DNA of 64,000 nt, taken from IMG/VR virus record IMGVR_UViG_3300013382_000005. The stretch is one strand, 5' to 3'. Positions 1 through 9,971 of the stretch are shown here, piece by piece; position 1 is the stretch's first letter; each line of letters begins with the position of its first letter. The position numbers were made by a program, and so were the translations under genes. The notes under the pieces were generated by a model. It searched no databases, was not told the DNA's origin, and saw only the letters and a list, made by a program, of their open reading frames with translations. The stretch is from an uncultured virus (IMG/VR IMGVR_UViG_3300013382_000005). Taxonomy: Duplodnaviria > Heunggongvirae > Uroviricota > Caudoviricetes.

Positions 1-773
1 TCTTTTGAGATTATTGGTTCATGCCTGCCTTGATACTCTTTACCTTTATATATAATAACTCCAGTGTTACTTTTCCGTTTTAGTATCTGTGATACAAGGC
101 GGTCATATTTTAAGTTAAATATATTAGCTATTCTTTGCATAGAATAGCCCTTCAGATAAAGATTATATATTTGCTCTACTGTCTCGGCATCTTTATTTTT
201 AACTAATATGCCCTGATTTTGATCATAGTCGTACCCAAATGGTACTATTCCTCCTCCCATCCAGTATCCATCCTCAACTCGTTTTTGCATACCATTACGA
301 GTTCTTTCATAAATATTCTCACGTTCAAGTTGCGCAAAGACAGAAAGGATCCCTATTACTGCTCTGCCGAAAGGCGTAGCAGTATTAAAACTTTCACTAA
401 TAGAAATGAAAGCAATTCCATTAGGAATAAAAATATCTTCTATTAAATGAAGTGTGTCTTTCTGCGACCTACTTAATCTATCTAATTTATATACAATCAC
501 ATGGGTTATATCATGCTTCTCTGCATCAAGAATCATTTTTTGCATTTGTGGACGCTCTAAGGATCCTCCAGAATATCCGTCATCTATATAATATTCTATA
601 CTTTCTGGAGTTGTCGGCATTGATTTTGCATATGCAGTCAGTTTTTCTTTTTGAAAATCAATGGAATATCCTTCTTCTGCTTGTGCATCTGTAGACACAC
701 GAGCATATAATGCCAACTTGATATGGTCACCATTGTTTTCCTGGTCGATTTTTATCATTTTGCTTCTTTTCAT
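1..773 (-). CDS. Large serine recombinase (integrase), truncated at the window edge
   Basis: Missing from the ORF track because it runs off the edge. Manual translation from ATG 773 (RBS GGAAGGG) gives LYARVSTDAQ...YIDDGYSGGSLERP...VYKLDRLSRS...FAQLERENIYERTRNG...VPFGY, i.e. a resolvase catalytic domain followed by a recombinase domain. Confidence 0.93.
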   Translation of the reverse strand, partial: MKRSKMIKIDQENNGDHIKLALYARVSTDAQAEEGYSIDFQKEKLTAYAKSMPTTPESIEYYIDDGYSGGSLERPQMQKMILDAEKHDITHVIVYKLDRLSRSQKDTLHLIEDIFIPNGIAFISISESFNTATPFGRAVIGILSVFAQLERENIYERTRNGMQKRVEDGYWMGGGIVPFGYDYDQNQGILVKNKDAETVEQIYNLYLKGYSMQRIANIFNLKYDRLVSQILKRKSNTGVIIYKGKEYQGRHEPIISK

Positions 774-808
774 AGATTTCAATCCCTTCCAATGTATATC
801 AATAAAGT

Positions 809-864
809 AAAACTATGCCGCAATATAGTCATGAAAATACATGATTATATTATAGCATAGTTTT
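809..864. repeat. 56-bp imperfect inverted repeat, candidate attP site
   Basis: 25-bp arms AAAACTATGCCGCAATATAGTCATG and CATGATTATATTATAGCATAGTTTT (4 mismatches) flank AAAATA; the centre is 836/837. Lies directly upstream of the recombinase. Confidence 0.6.
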
Positions 865-877
865 TGTGTATAGTCAA
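849..877 (-). promoter_or_regulatory. sigmaA/sigma70-type promoter for the recombinase
   Basis: TTGACT (877-872), 17-nt spacer, TATAAT (854-849). Confidence 0.75.
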
Positions 878-883
878 TACATA

Positions 884-1063
884 TTATGAAACTTTTATAT
901 TATTTCCATTTCTTCCATACTTTACTCCAAGCATAACATTTTTTAATTGCTCGTTGCTTTGTAAATGAGTGTTTGCATATTCTATTAAATCATTTAGCTC
1001 GACTTGTTTCCCATTTAAAAAACGCGTTATAGTAATATTCGATTTGCTCTCATTATTATTCAT
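884..1063 (-). CDS. Small hypothetical protein (59 aa)
   Basis: ATG 1063 with RBS AGAGGA; reads MNNNESKSNITITRFLNGKQVELNDLIEY...; below the ORF-track length cutoff. Confidence 0.55.
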   Translation of the reverse strand: MNNNESKSNITITRFLNGKQVELNDLIEYANTHLQSNEQLKNVMLGVKYGRNGNNIKVS

Positions 1064-1245
1064 TCTTTTATCCTCTTTTATATTTTAGTTTTATATATCT
1101 ATTATAACCATTACTTTATCAGCTATTCGCTGAATCGATACAACCAAAAACGTTACAAAATATTCATCACCTTCTTAAATGTATATTGTATATTAAATCA
1201 CTCGCTTTTATATTATTCATTAAGTTATCAATCGTTTATAGTTAT

Positions 1246-1255
1246 AGTAATATAT
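1246..1255 (+). promoter_or_regulatory. Putative late promoter motif AGTAATATAT
   Basis: Related motifs recur before late gene blocks at 8917, 11718, 16043, 21950, 26979 (+) and 53406-53413 (-). Confidence 0.5.
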
Positions 1256-1305
1256 TTCTTAGAAAAATAACTTTCAAACTTTCAATATAGAAAGGATTTT
1301 ATAAA

Positions 1306-2040
1306 ATGGCTGAAAAGAAAACTATAGATCTTGACCAGCTTAAGACTATACTAGAACAAGTAGTATCATATATAGATAGTAAAGCCAGTGACTCTGGTTC
1401 TGTATATAGTGCAAATACTACTGTTGCTGCTGACAATACTTCTACTATAGTATGTCCATTAACAGAACCATTAAATGAATCTAGTCTTATATATCAAAAT
1501 GGTATTTTAATTTCGAGCGGTACACATTATACATTAAGCGCAGATAAGAAATCAATCAGTCTTGTAGGATATACTGCGCAAAAAGATGATATATTTACTT
1601 TTATAACTAAATCTACTGGAGTAGATATAAAACTTAATGCCACTGCCTCTAACGTTACAATTCAAAATAAAAACTCATATTTTGATGGAGCAACAGATGT
1701 AGAGTCTGCATTAAATTCAATAGGCGGTAAATTAAATGGTGGAGTAGTTTCAAGTGTTAAAGTAAATGGAACAGCAGTTACTCCTGATTCAAGCGGCGCA
1801 GTAGATATTCCTTCTCCTACGATTAAACTAAATGGTACCGCTATAACTCCTTCTACAGATGGTACAGTAAATATAAAGAATGTAGTAACTACTGCTGGTA
1901 CTGTTATGACTGGTAATCTTGTAGCTAAACCAGATAGCTCTGGCAACCATGTTAGAAACATAGCTGTATATTCAAGCACAGATGGTCTCCCTACTACTGG
2001 AAATGATGGAGATATTATACTTGTCTATGCTGACTCTTAA
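1306..2040 (+). CDS. Virion/tail-fibre-associated protein
   Basis: 244 aa, RBS GAAAGGA. Has VKVNGTAVTP repeats and a C-terminal GTVMTG...VRNIAV...GNDGDIILVY motif shared with the 4357 and 9392 genes. Confidence 0.7.
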   Translation: MAEKKTIDLDQLKTILEQVVSYIDSKASDSGSVYSANTTVAADNTSTIVCPLTEPLNESSLIYQNGILISSGTHYTLSADKKSISLVGYTAQKDDIFTFITKSTGVDIKLNATASNVTIQNKNSYFDGATDVESALNSIGGKLNGGVVSSVKVNGTAVTPDSSGAVDIPSPTIKLNGTAITPSTDGTVNIKNVVTTAGTVMTGNLVAKPDSSGNHVRNIAVYSSTDGLPTTGNDGDIILVYADS

Positions 2041-2057
2041 TAAAGATAGAGGTAAAA

Positions 2058-4322
2058 TTGCTTATGCGCGATGGATTTACCAAAGCAGAATATCTTGAAT
2101 TATCAGGCAAAGAATATATAAATACTGAATTTACAGTGAGTGGTAAATCTCGTATTGTCCTTGATTGTATGCAGCTTGATACATCTGCGACTTTTTGCTT
2201 TTACTGTACACGTACTACTGCTAGTGGTACAGATAAAAAATCTAATACATTATTTTATATCAAAGATAGTGGATATCGTACTGACTATTATGGCACTTCA
2301 AAAACTACATCTGGATATTATACAACGTCAAATTCAAGATTTATAATAGATAATAATCAGGGTATTGTTAAAATAGGATCTGACTATACTGTCTCAATGA
2401 CTACGCTATCTGATAAATCAGCTAGTGCACTATTTTTAGGAGCAAGTTATGTTTGCAATACTGGTCGAACTACAGAACTTAATAATTATGCAAAATTAAG
2501 AATTTATAGTTGTCAAATTTATGATGATAATTCTACTTTAGTAAGAGACTTTGTCCCATGTCTTGAAGAAAGTTCTGGGCATATAGGATTATATGATCAA
2601 GTAAACGATCTATTTCATAGACCAATTGGATCTGGAAATTCAATATTACAGATTTCAAATCCCATTAATGGCAATATAAGAATTAATAATACTTTTAAGT
2701 CTCTTGCTAATGGATATATAAATATAAATGGATCATATAAGCCAATAATAGAATCCTATATATTTAAGAATGAAAAATATACTAAACTTGATTATATACA
2801 ATCTAATGGAATACAAAAAATAGATACAGGAATTAAGCCTTCTGATGATCTTGTAACTACTGTAGATTTTCAATGTCTATCTGATGGAATTACTGATAAT
2901 TGTATTTTTGGCTCTTCTTGGACTATTAATGGATATCTTTTTAATGCTTATCAATCTGGCGGAGGATTAAGATGGCATTATGGTGGAGTACAAAAAGACG
3001 TTAGCATAGATGCTACTACACGTATTACTGCTTCATGCTCAAAAGCCGGTATTACAGTTAACGGAACATCATACACTTTTACTCCTACAGGAACTAATAG
3101 TACAAATAATATTTATATATTCTCTACTCCTGACGTTGAAAGTATTAGGGGTGCTGGAACAGAAACTACTTATAATGGACGCTATAAGCTTTATAGTTTT
3201 AAAATGGTTAAAAACGGAGTGACTATAAGAGACTATATTCCTGTAAAACGCAATTCTGATAGTATGATTGGTCTCTATGAACAAATAGAAGGTAAATTTT
3301 ATTGTAGCGATTCTTCTATTGAAGATAAAATTCCTTATGCAAATAGATCTTGTATAGAAACCACCTATTCTGATAGCGATCATAATACTAATGCCAAATG
3401 GATTTATAATAATAGTAGTAATTACGCTAGTAATGCAAAATTGTCTATGACCTCTAGTGGACTATTAACTGGAATAGCAGAAATTCTTGAAGCACATGAT
3501 GCTAGTGATGCAAATAAATTTGCTAAATATAACTATGATTATGGCTATGCTGAGCCACATCATAATTTACTAGCATCTGATTGTACGCTATCATCAATTA
3601 CAATTACTAATTCCTCTGGTACGGAAATAGCTTCTAGTAATCCTACAATATCTATTGATGATAATCATAGAATGCATTTTAGTATTACTTCATCTGCATT
3701 AGTATCAGCAGCTGCTGAAAAATATACCTTAACTATTACAGTAACAAGAAGTTCAGTAACCTGTAAATTTGAAATTCCAATAACTAAGATAGATACTACT
3801 AAAAGATATTTTAGCGGCAATGATACAACAAATACTGTAAATTATCTTAGACTTGCAAAAATATGTGATAATAGAACTATCACGTGTAAAGGATTTGTCG
3901 CAGAAGTTCTTAAACCTACTTATACAGTTACTTCTAAAGTATCTGGAGCATCTTATGGATTTAATTTAGCGTCTGATGGTTATTATACTTCGAGTAATAA
4001 TGGAGTAAATAGCTCTGCGTCTGTTTGTCGCGTAAACTTTACTAATAATACTGGAGCTGCCTATACTGTTACATTCAACTGTATAAACTATGCAGAAGCA
4101 AATTATGATTATGGTATTATAGGTAAAATTAATACAGTGTTAAGTACAAGTAGTTCTGCTGACAGTACATATACTAAATCATTTAAAGGTAGTTCATCTT
4201 CTAGTGTGCAAACTGTCACTCTTTCTGTTCCAACTGGAACATCATATGTTGATATTAAATATCTTAAGGATAGCTCACAACATTCTAATAATGATTCTTT
4301 TAAATTTAAAATTGTTCTCTAA
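2058..4322 (+). CDS. Tail fibre / receptor-binding protein with two tandem lectin-like modules
   Basis: 754 aa with a duplicated module (EYLELSGKEYINT...LVRDFVP...GLYD and DYIQSNGIQKIDTG...IRDYIP...GLYE) typical of Firmicute phage tail proteins; internal YININGSYK motif. Confidence 0.7.
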   Translation: MLMRDGFTKAEYLELSGKEYINTEFTVSGKSRIVLDCMQLDTSATFCFYCTRTTASGTDKKSNTLFYIKDSGYRTDYYGTSKTTSGYYTTSNSRFIIDNNQGIVKIGSDYTVSMTTLSDKSASALFLGASYVCNTGRTTELNNYAKLRIYSCQIYDDNSTLVRDFVPCLEESSGHIGLYDQVNDLFHRPIGSGNSILQISNPINGNIRINNTFKSLANGYININGSYKPIIESYIFKNEKYTKLDYIQSNGIQKIDTGIKPSDDLVTTVDFQCLSDGITDNCIFGSSWTINGYLFNAYQSGGGLRWHYGGVQKDVSIDATTRITASCSKAGITVNGTSYTFTPTGTNSTNNIYIFSTPDVESIRGAGTETTYNGRYKLYSFKMVKNGVTIRDYIPVKRNSDSMIGLYEQIEGKFYCSDSSIEDKIPYANRSCIETTYSDSDHNTNAKWIYNNSSNYASNAKLSMTSSGLLTGIAEILEAHDASDANKFAKYNYDYGYAEPHHNLLASDCTLSSITITNSSGTEIASSNPTISIDDNHRMHFSITSSALVSAAAEKYTLTITVTRSSVTCKFEIPITKIDTTKRYFSGNDTTNTVNYLRLAKICDNRTITCKGFVAEVLKPTYTVTSKVSGASYGFNLASDGYYTSSNNGVNSSASVCRVNFTNNTGAAYTVTFNCINYAEANYDYGIIGKINTVLSTSSSADSTYTKSFKGSSSSSVQTVTLSVPTGTSYVDIKYLKDSSQHSNNDSFKFKIVL

Positions 4323-4356
4323 TATCCTATTCTTAATTTGAAAGGAAAATTTCATA

Positions 4357-4983
4357 ATGGCACAACCTAAAATAATAGCTAGTTTGTCTAAGCTAGAACA
4401 AGCCGGGTTTATAGATGGCTCAGTATATCTTGGAGATTTGCGAACTACTACTTGTCTTGATTCTATAATGTCAAATGGATTATATTTATTTACTGGCGGC
4501 ACAACAACTCCTACTGACACTACAGGATCATATTTATGGTGTTTATCTATATATTCATCTAAAGATAAAGGAACCAATATAATACAAGTAGCAGAAAGAT
4601 TTAATACTGCCAGCGATTCTAAAAGACTTTTATTCTCAAGACAATATAATTCTTCTACATGGTCTGCATGGTTTGAAGGTGGTGGAGGAGGATCTATTGA
4701 ATGTGATACTGCAACATCTACTACGTCTGAGAATCCTCTTCAGAATAAAGTAATTACTGCTGCTCTCGCAAAAAAATCAGATACAGGTCATACTCATAGT
4801 CAGTATGCTACTACAACAGCTTTAAATAATAAACTTGATAAATCTGGTGGTACACTAACTGGACAATTAGTAGCACAGGCTAATACTAATTATACAACTT
4901 ATCAAGTGCGCAATATAGCTCTTAATACTACTGCTGCTACACCTACTGGTAATGGAAGTATTTTGGGCGTTTATACTGCGTAA
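4357..4983 (+). CDS. Tail fibre protein (knob-like domain plus fibre repeat); paralog of 9392-9910
   Basis: GLYLF...IIQVAE...RQYNSSTWSAW knob-like segment, KLDKSGGTLTG repeat, C-terminal YQVRNIAL...NGSILGVY. Confidence 0.7.
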   Translation: MAQPKIIASLSKLEQAGFIDGSVYLGDLRTTTCLDSIMSNGLYLFTGGTTTPTDTTGSYLWCLSIYSSKDKGTNIIQVAERFNTASDSKRLLFSRQYNSSTWSAWFEGGGGGSIECDTATSTTSENPLQNKVITAALAKKSDTGHTHSQYATTTALNNKLDKSGGTLTGQLVAQANTNYTTYQVRNIALNTTAATPTGNGSILGVYTA

Positions 4984-5029
4984 TTATAATTATAGAAAAT
5001 TACATAATAAATAAAAGGAAACAATAATA

Positions 5030-5733
5030 ATGCCTATATATACGAATGTGGGGGGGGCTCTAAAAAGCTCTCCTCCGTATATAATAACAATAACGGTGTA
5101 TCTAAAACACATTCTAAAATATATGCTAATATTAACTCAAGCAACAAAATAATATTTGAAAAAGAATATACGTGGGCAAAATATACTTGGAAATATAGCG
5201 GTGAAACTGACTATAGCTCTGTGATAAACTCTTCAATAAATGGCATAAATGAATTTCCAAGATATGGTGGTAAAATTTATCGATCTTTCCAAGTTAATGG
5301 AAAAAGAATTGATTTTCTAAATGAAGTTTCGTATTCTTTTGGTACCGACTATTGTACAATTGATGGATGTACTATGAAAGCAGGCAGCGGAAATGTCACT
5401 GGTACTTTTCCAAGCGGATGTAGTAATGGTGGTGGTCGTACCATCAATGTTTCTGGATATTATACAAACTTGCCTTATAACGGTGCCAATGAAGGAGGAG
5501 AAATAATATCAATTTGGATTGGTGATGATGGAAGCGACTCAACAGAAGTATATGTACAAGACATATATCTTGTTACAAGATATAAATGGATTCCAGATAA
5601 AGTTGAATATGTAACATCTACTAATAGAAATGCTTATACAGAAAACAATACAACTATAAATGTAAATAGTGCTTATTATTACACTAGCACCACTTATTTT
5701 CCATATAATCCTACGTATAGATTCTTAGGCTAA
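5030..5733 (+). CDS. Putative tail-tip/receptor-binding protein, poly-G phase OFF (G8)
   Basis: ATG 5030 (RBS AAAGGA) reads MPIYTNV, then G8 at 5050-5057. Adding one G joins it to the 5221-5733 frame (VGGGSKKLSSVYNNNNG...; 234 aa). Confidence 0.75.
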
Positions 5734-5764
5734 AAATAAATAAAATCAAAAGGTGTAATATTAT

Positions 5765-6442
5765 ATGCCTATCTATACAAACATAAATGGAAATTCCAAA
5801 TCAATTTCCAATTTATACGATAATATAAATGCAGCAAGAAAAACCAATAGTACTGCTTACGCAAATATAAATAATAGCAGTAAAAAGATCTTTCCTGTTG
5901 AGCAAACAGTATACACTTGGAATAGATACGTTTCTTATGTATCTGATACTCAATCTACTAGGACGTACACAGATGGCGACTTTGGTTCTTATGTAGGAAA
6001 TTCAGTCAGGCTTTCAGCACCTGGAAAATCTACAATAACTGCTTACTCAAGCTATTCTTTCTCTAAAGAAACTGGCTTATATACGCTCACTGGAGAAAAA
6101 ACATTTACATGCCAATATTATAATAAATCAAACATTGAGTGGAATCCATCTAATTCTGAGACGCAATTGACCAGCATGTATATGCCATATGAAACAAATA
6201 GTGGAATAATAGGTTTACGTCAAATAGCAAAATTCCATTATCCAGATGCTGCTGATAGCAGTTTTTATTATCTTTATTCTCACAAGCAACGTAAATCGTC
6301 TACTACTTACACATATACATATTCTTACAAATATGATGGTACAGTAACAAGTACTAATCCAAATGCTTATAGTACAGGAAGCACATCCAGTTATACAAGT
6401 TCAAGTGATAGTGATATTAGAACTGTATATGTAAAATCATGA
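5765..6442 (+). CDS. Putative tail-tip/receptor-binding protein, no poly-G tract (intact)
   Basis: Starts MPIYTNINGNSKSISNLYDNINA, paralogous to the N-termini of its neighbours; Y/S/T-rich body. Confidence 0.75.
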   Translation: MPIYTNINGNSKSISNLYDNINAARKTNSTAYANINNSSKKIFPVEQTVYTWNRYVSYVSDTQSTRTYTDGDFGSYVGNSVRLSAPGKSTITAYSSYSFSKETGLYTLTGEKTFTCQYYNKSNIEWNPSNSETQLTSMYMPYETNSGIIGLRQIAKFHYPDAADSSFYYLYSHKQRKSSTTYTYTYSYKYDGTVTSTNPNAYSTGSTSSYTSSSDSDIRTVYVKS

Positions 6443-6459
6443 TAATAAGGAAAATATAT

Positions 6460-7324
6460 ATGCCTATGTATTGTAATGTTGGGGGGGCAGCAGCAATTCT
6501 CTTCCCTGACTTCAAATTTGAATGGCGCGTCTAAACCATTAGATTCAGCCTATACTAATATAAATAACGTTCAATCTAAAATATTTCCTGAAGAACAGCA
6601 GCTCGTAAGATTAAGTGAACTTACACCTGGAAGAATTATTTGCTTTGATACAACATTATCTGGTATAAATAAGAAAACAGATTTTATAGTCCTTGGACCT
6701 TCTAAAGAAGGTGACACGATATTATGTTTACAAAGATATGTGTATTATGCAAAACGTACTTTCAATAGTGTTAGCACCTTCGCAGATTATGAAGGGTCGA
6801 ATGTTGATACATATTTAACAAGCACAACAGAACAATCGAATTATAAATCAATGTTGTCAGAAATCGCTTGCAGCTGTCTTATGACAACAACAATAACTAC
6901 TTATTGTTATGGATATTCAATACCTGGCATTGGATATGAAGTTCCATCATCAACTACAAATATATCTAGAGACATCTTTTTAATGTCTTACACAGAAGCA
7001 GGTTTTACAGATTCTACTTTAGCAATTGAAGGCAATTCATATCTAGATGCTTTAAAAACTGCAACTAAAACAACTGTAGATAATGATGCGAGAAAAGCAA
7101 TTACCGAATCCGGAAAATTTAATTCTATAGATACTAACCATTGGTGGCTAAGATCACAAAAAAATATATCTGGTGAAATGCCATTGTGTAGAAGAATAAA
7201 TGAAGATGGTAGTACATCATCTGATTCACCAACTGGTAAATTATTTGTTCGTCCAATTCTATCTTTTGATCCTGATACCATAGTAAATAGTGCACCTATT
7301 ACTGCTGTTCTAATAGGCAAATAA
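6460..7324 (+). CDS. Putative tail-tip protein (DUF6273-like), poly-G phase OFF (G7)
   Basis: ATG 6460 (RBS AAGGA) reads MPMYCNV, then G7 at 6481-6487. G6 or G9 restores the 6476-7324 frame. Contains RDIFLMSYTE...WWLRS...VRPIL. Confidence 0.75.
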
Positions 7325-7352
7325 TAAATCATAATATAGGAGTCTTTTAAAT

Positions 7353-8153
7353 ATGTCTATGTATTCGAATATTGGGGGGGGGTAATCTCAGCTTCCTTCT
7401 TTACTAACTAATATAAATGGATCATCAATATCTTTAACTTCAGCATATAGTAATATAGATGGAATATCAAAACAGATATTTCCTTCTAAAGTACCATTAA
7501 GTAGTATTAATGCAGGTAGTATTGTACAATTTAATACAACTTTATCTGGATCTGATAAACCAACTGAATTTATAGTACTTGGAAAATCTAAGGCTGGAGA
7601 TTCTATTTTATTATTACAAAAATATGTATACGAATCAAGAGTATTTCATAATACAGATGTTTCAAGATATTCTACATCTGATATAGATGAGTATCTTTCT
7701 AATTCTATTGCAGAAGAAAAATGTTATAGAATAAAAATACTCAATGCAGTAAATAATAAGTATTTAATCAAAACTGTTATAGACTCTTGTTCCTTCACCA
7801 CTATTGAATATGTTAAGCTTTCTAGAGATATATTTTTGATGTCACAAAAAGAAGCGGGTTTTACAAGTGCTACACTTGATGAAGGCAATTCATATTTAGA
7901 ATCTTTAAAAGCCGCATTTAAAACAAGTACAGAAACAAAAGCACGAATAGCTACAACAGAATCTGGTACTTATTGTTATTGGTGGCTAAGATCTCCTTAT
8001 AATTCTTCCAATGTTGCAGTAATTGATGATGGTGGATATAGCAATGGTCGTAAAAGTTCATATGATCAAGCTTACATTCGTCCCGTCTTATCTTTTGATC
8101 CAACATTATTAGTAGATATTTCTTCAACTATACCAACCATAATAGGAAAATAA
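7353..8153 (+). pseudogene. Tail-tip paralog (DUF6273-like): in-frame G9 tract followed by a premature TAA
   Basis: ATG 7353 (RBS AGGAG) reads MSMYSNIGGG, then TAA at 7383-7385. The same frame stays open to 8153 (SQLPSLLTNINGSS...WWLRSPY...IRPVLSFD) and is collinear with the 6460 gene. Confidence 0.75.
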
Positions 8154-8187
8154 TTTAAAAATTTAATAATAAGCAAAAGGAAACAAT

Positions 8188-8884
8188 ATGAGTATATATA
8201 TGAATATTGGGGGGGGGGTCCAAACTACTCTCATCCATTAATATGAACAAAGACGGATCAAGCAAAAAATTATCAGCTTGCTATGGATATATTCAAGGTA
8301 GTAATAAAAATCTATTAGAAACAACTTATGTATGGTATAAGTATGTTCCAAACTCTTGGAAAGATACTGCTGGAACAAATACTACATTTACTCATACAGA
8401 TACAGATTATAGAGCATGTAGTATTTGCGGCGGACATCACTATTATACTAGTGGATATTTATCTCTTTCTACTGGAGATAAATTATATTCGTCATATGGA
8501 TTTGATACAAAAACTGGATTATATTATGGCATAGGTTCTTCTAAAACATATTCCAGTTCAAATCCAGATGGTAATTCTTATTATTATTTTAGTTCTGGAT
8601 ATCATTGTTTATATAAAGTTGGCTCTTATCAAGACCTTGGCACAAATGAACATGGATGGAATAACGGTAGCGGCTGTACAATAGAATCATATCGTTTTGC
8701 AACTCCATTAGTAGATTATAAATCTTCTCCATACACGATACTTACATCAACAAATCAATACGCATATTCAGCTGGTGGTGGCCAATATCACAGATGTCAT
8801 AGTTATGATCCAAATGATGGAGCAAATAATGATAAGATGGAATATTATGACGGCTATCTTATAGAATATAAAGGTAAAATTTAA
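8188..8884 (+). CDS. Putative tail-tip/receptor-binding protein, poly-G phase OFF (G10)
   Basis: ATG 8188 (RBS AAAGGA) reads MSIYMNI, then G10 at 8209-8218. Removing one G gives IGGGSKLLSSINMNKDG... (231 aa). Confidence 0.75.
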
Positions 8885-8972
8885 AATTCGATATTATATT
8901 GTTTCTATAAATCAAGCGTAATATATACCTATAGAAACAAAAAATAATAAAACTATGAGGTCAATAAAATAA

Positions 8973-9365
8973 ATGAATAAAATAGTTTTTTCAAATGGCG
9001 AGATTTTCGATTCTTGTTCTTATCCAATTGAAATCGAACCACCAATATTCTCTAAACAAATTCTTGTAAATGGAATAAACAGAGATTATCTTCGTATAAC
9101 AATTAATAATACAACTTATGAAAAAGTTAAGGCTAATTTCGTCAATAACGCTACTTATGTTATAAGACAGTTTGATCTTGATGAATCTGGTAATGAACTT
9201 ACTACTTATACTGATTTCGATTGGTCTGAGTATTCTGTTGCCGGAGAAATTGTAGATCATAGAGATGGTAGATTCACAGTTTATATGGCAAAGCCTAATA
9301 ACTATGAAACTGCTGTAGATAATCTTATAGCTGATTCTATCATGGCTGACGAAATCGAAGCTTAA
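8973..9365 (+). CDS. Hypothetical tail-associated protein
   Basis: 130 aa ORF with RBS GAGG in the tail fibre cluster. Confidence 0.65.
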   Translation: MNKIVFSNGEIFDSCSYPIEIEPPIFSKQILVNGINRDYLRITINNTTYEKVKANFVNNATYVIRQFDLDESGNELTTYTDFDWSEYSVAGEIVDHRDGRFTVYMAKPNNYETAVDNLIADSIMADEIEA

Positions 9366-9391
9366 ATACAATAAAAATACAATAATTCCTA

Positions 9392-9910
9392 ATGACTATA
9401 CAGAATTTTTTTAATTCTCCTATTGACTATAGTAAGTCATTAGGGGACATAAGAACAACTTCAACTTGTGCAGATACGGCTACTTCTACAGGATTCTATA
9501 TATTTGTTGGTGGCACAGATTCTCCTACTGATACTAATGGATCTTATAACTGGGTTCTTCAGGTTATGACTGATAGAGTAGATGTAATTCAGATAGCTGA
9601 AAGAATAAGTATTAGTACAGAGAGAATAATTTATGTGCGCTCTTATCATGATAATACATGGACTGGATGGATAAAAAATTCAGTAACCTGTGATAGTATA
9701 CTCTCTACAACAAGTACTAATCCTATTCAGAATAAAACAGTCACAGAAGCTATAAATACAAAGTTTAATACCTCTGGTGGTACATTTACTGGCAAGGTAA
9801 TTGCCAATAGCAACACTGATTATACTACATATCAGATTCGCAATATAGCGTTATCTACAACAGCAAGTACTCCTGCCAAAAACGGAGATTTAATAGGAGT
9901 TTATTCTTAA
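9392..9910 (+). CDS. Tail fibre protein; paralog of 4357-4983
   Basis: LGDIRTT...GFYIFVGGTDSPTDTNGSY...GGTFTG...YQIRNIAL...NGDLIGVY aligns with the 4357 product. Confidence 0.7.
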   Translation: MTIQNFFNSPIDYSKSLGDIRTTSTCADTATSTGFYIFVGGTDSPTDTNGSYNWVLQVMTDRVDVIQIAERISISTERIIYVRSYHDNTWTGWIKNSVTCDSILSTTSTNPIQNKTVTEAINTKFNTSGGTFTGKVIANSNTDYTTYQIRNIALSTTASTPAKNGDLIGVYS

Positions 9911-9971
9911 TCAAGTGCAAAAAAACATTTTTCTTAAACAAAACACAATCTATATAATGGAGATATAAAAT

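Noticed and set aside
219..694. Short + strand ORFs 219-446 and 452-694, and the many short ORFs antisense to or nested in long genes
   Set aside because: They are shadow frames of well-supported genes (here the recombinase) with no RBS or motifs.
6460..8153. Diversity-generating retroelement acting on the DUF6273-like tip genes
   Set aside because: No reverse transcriptase or adenine-variant template repeat was seen in the window, and the two paralogs differ at all base types.
1..9910. Recombinase-driven inversion (shufflon) of the tail tips
   Set aside because: All tip genes are co-oriented, no inverted crossover repeats were seen among them, and the enzyme is integrase-like rather than a small invertase.
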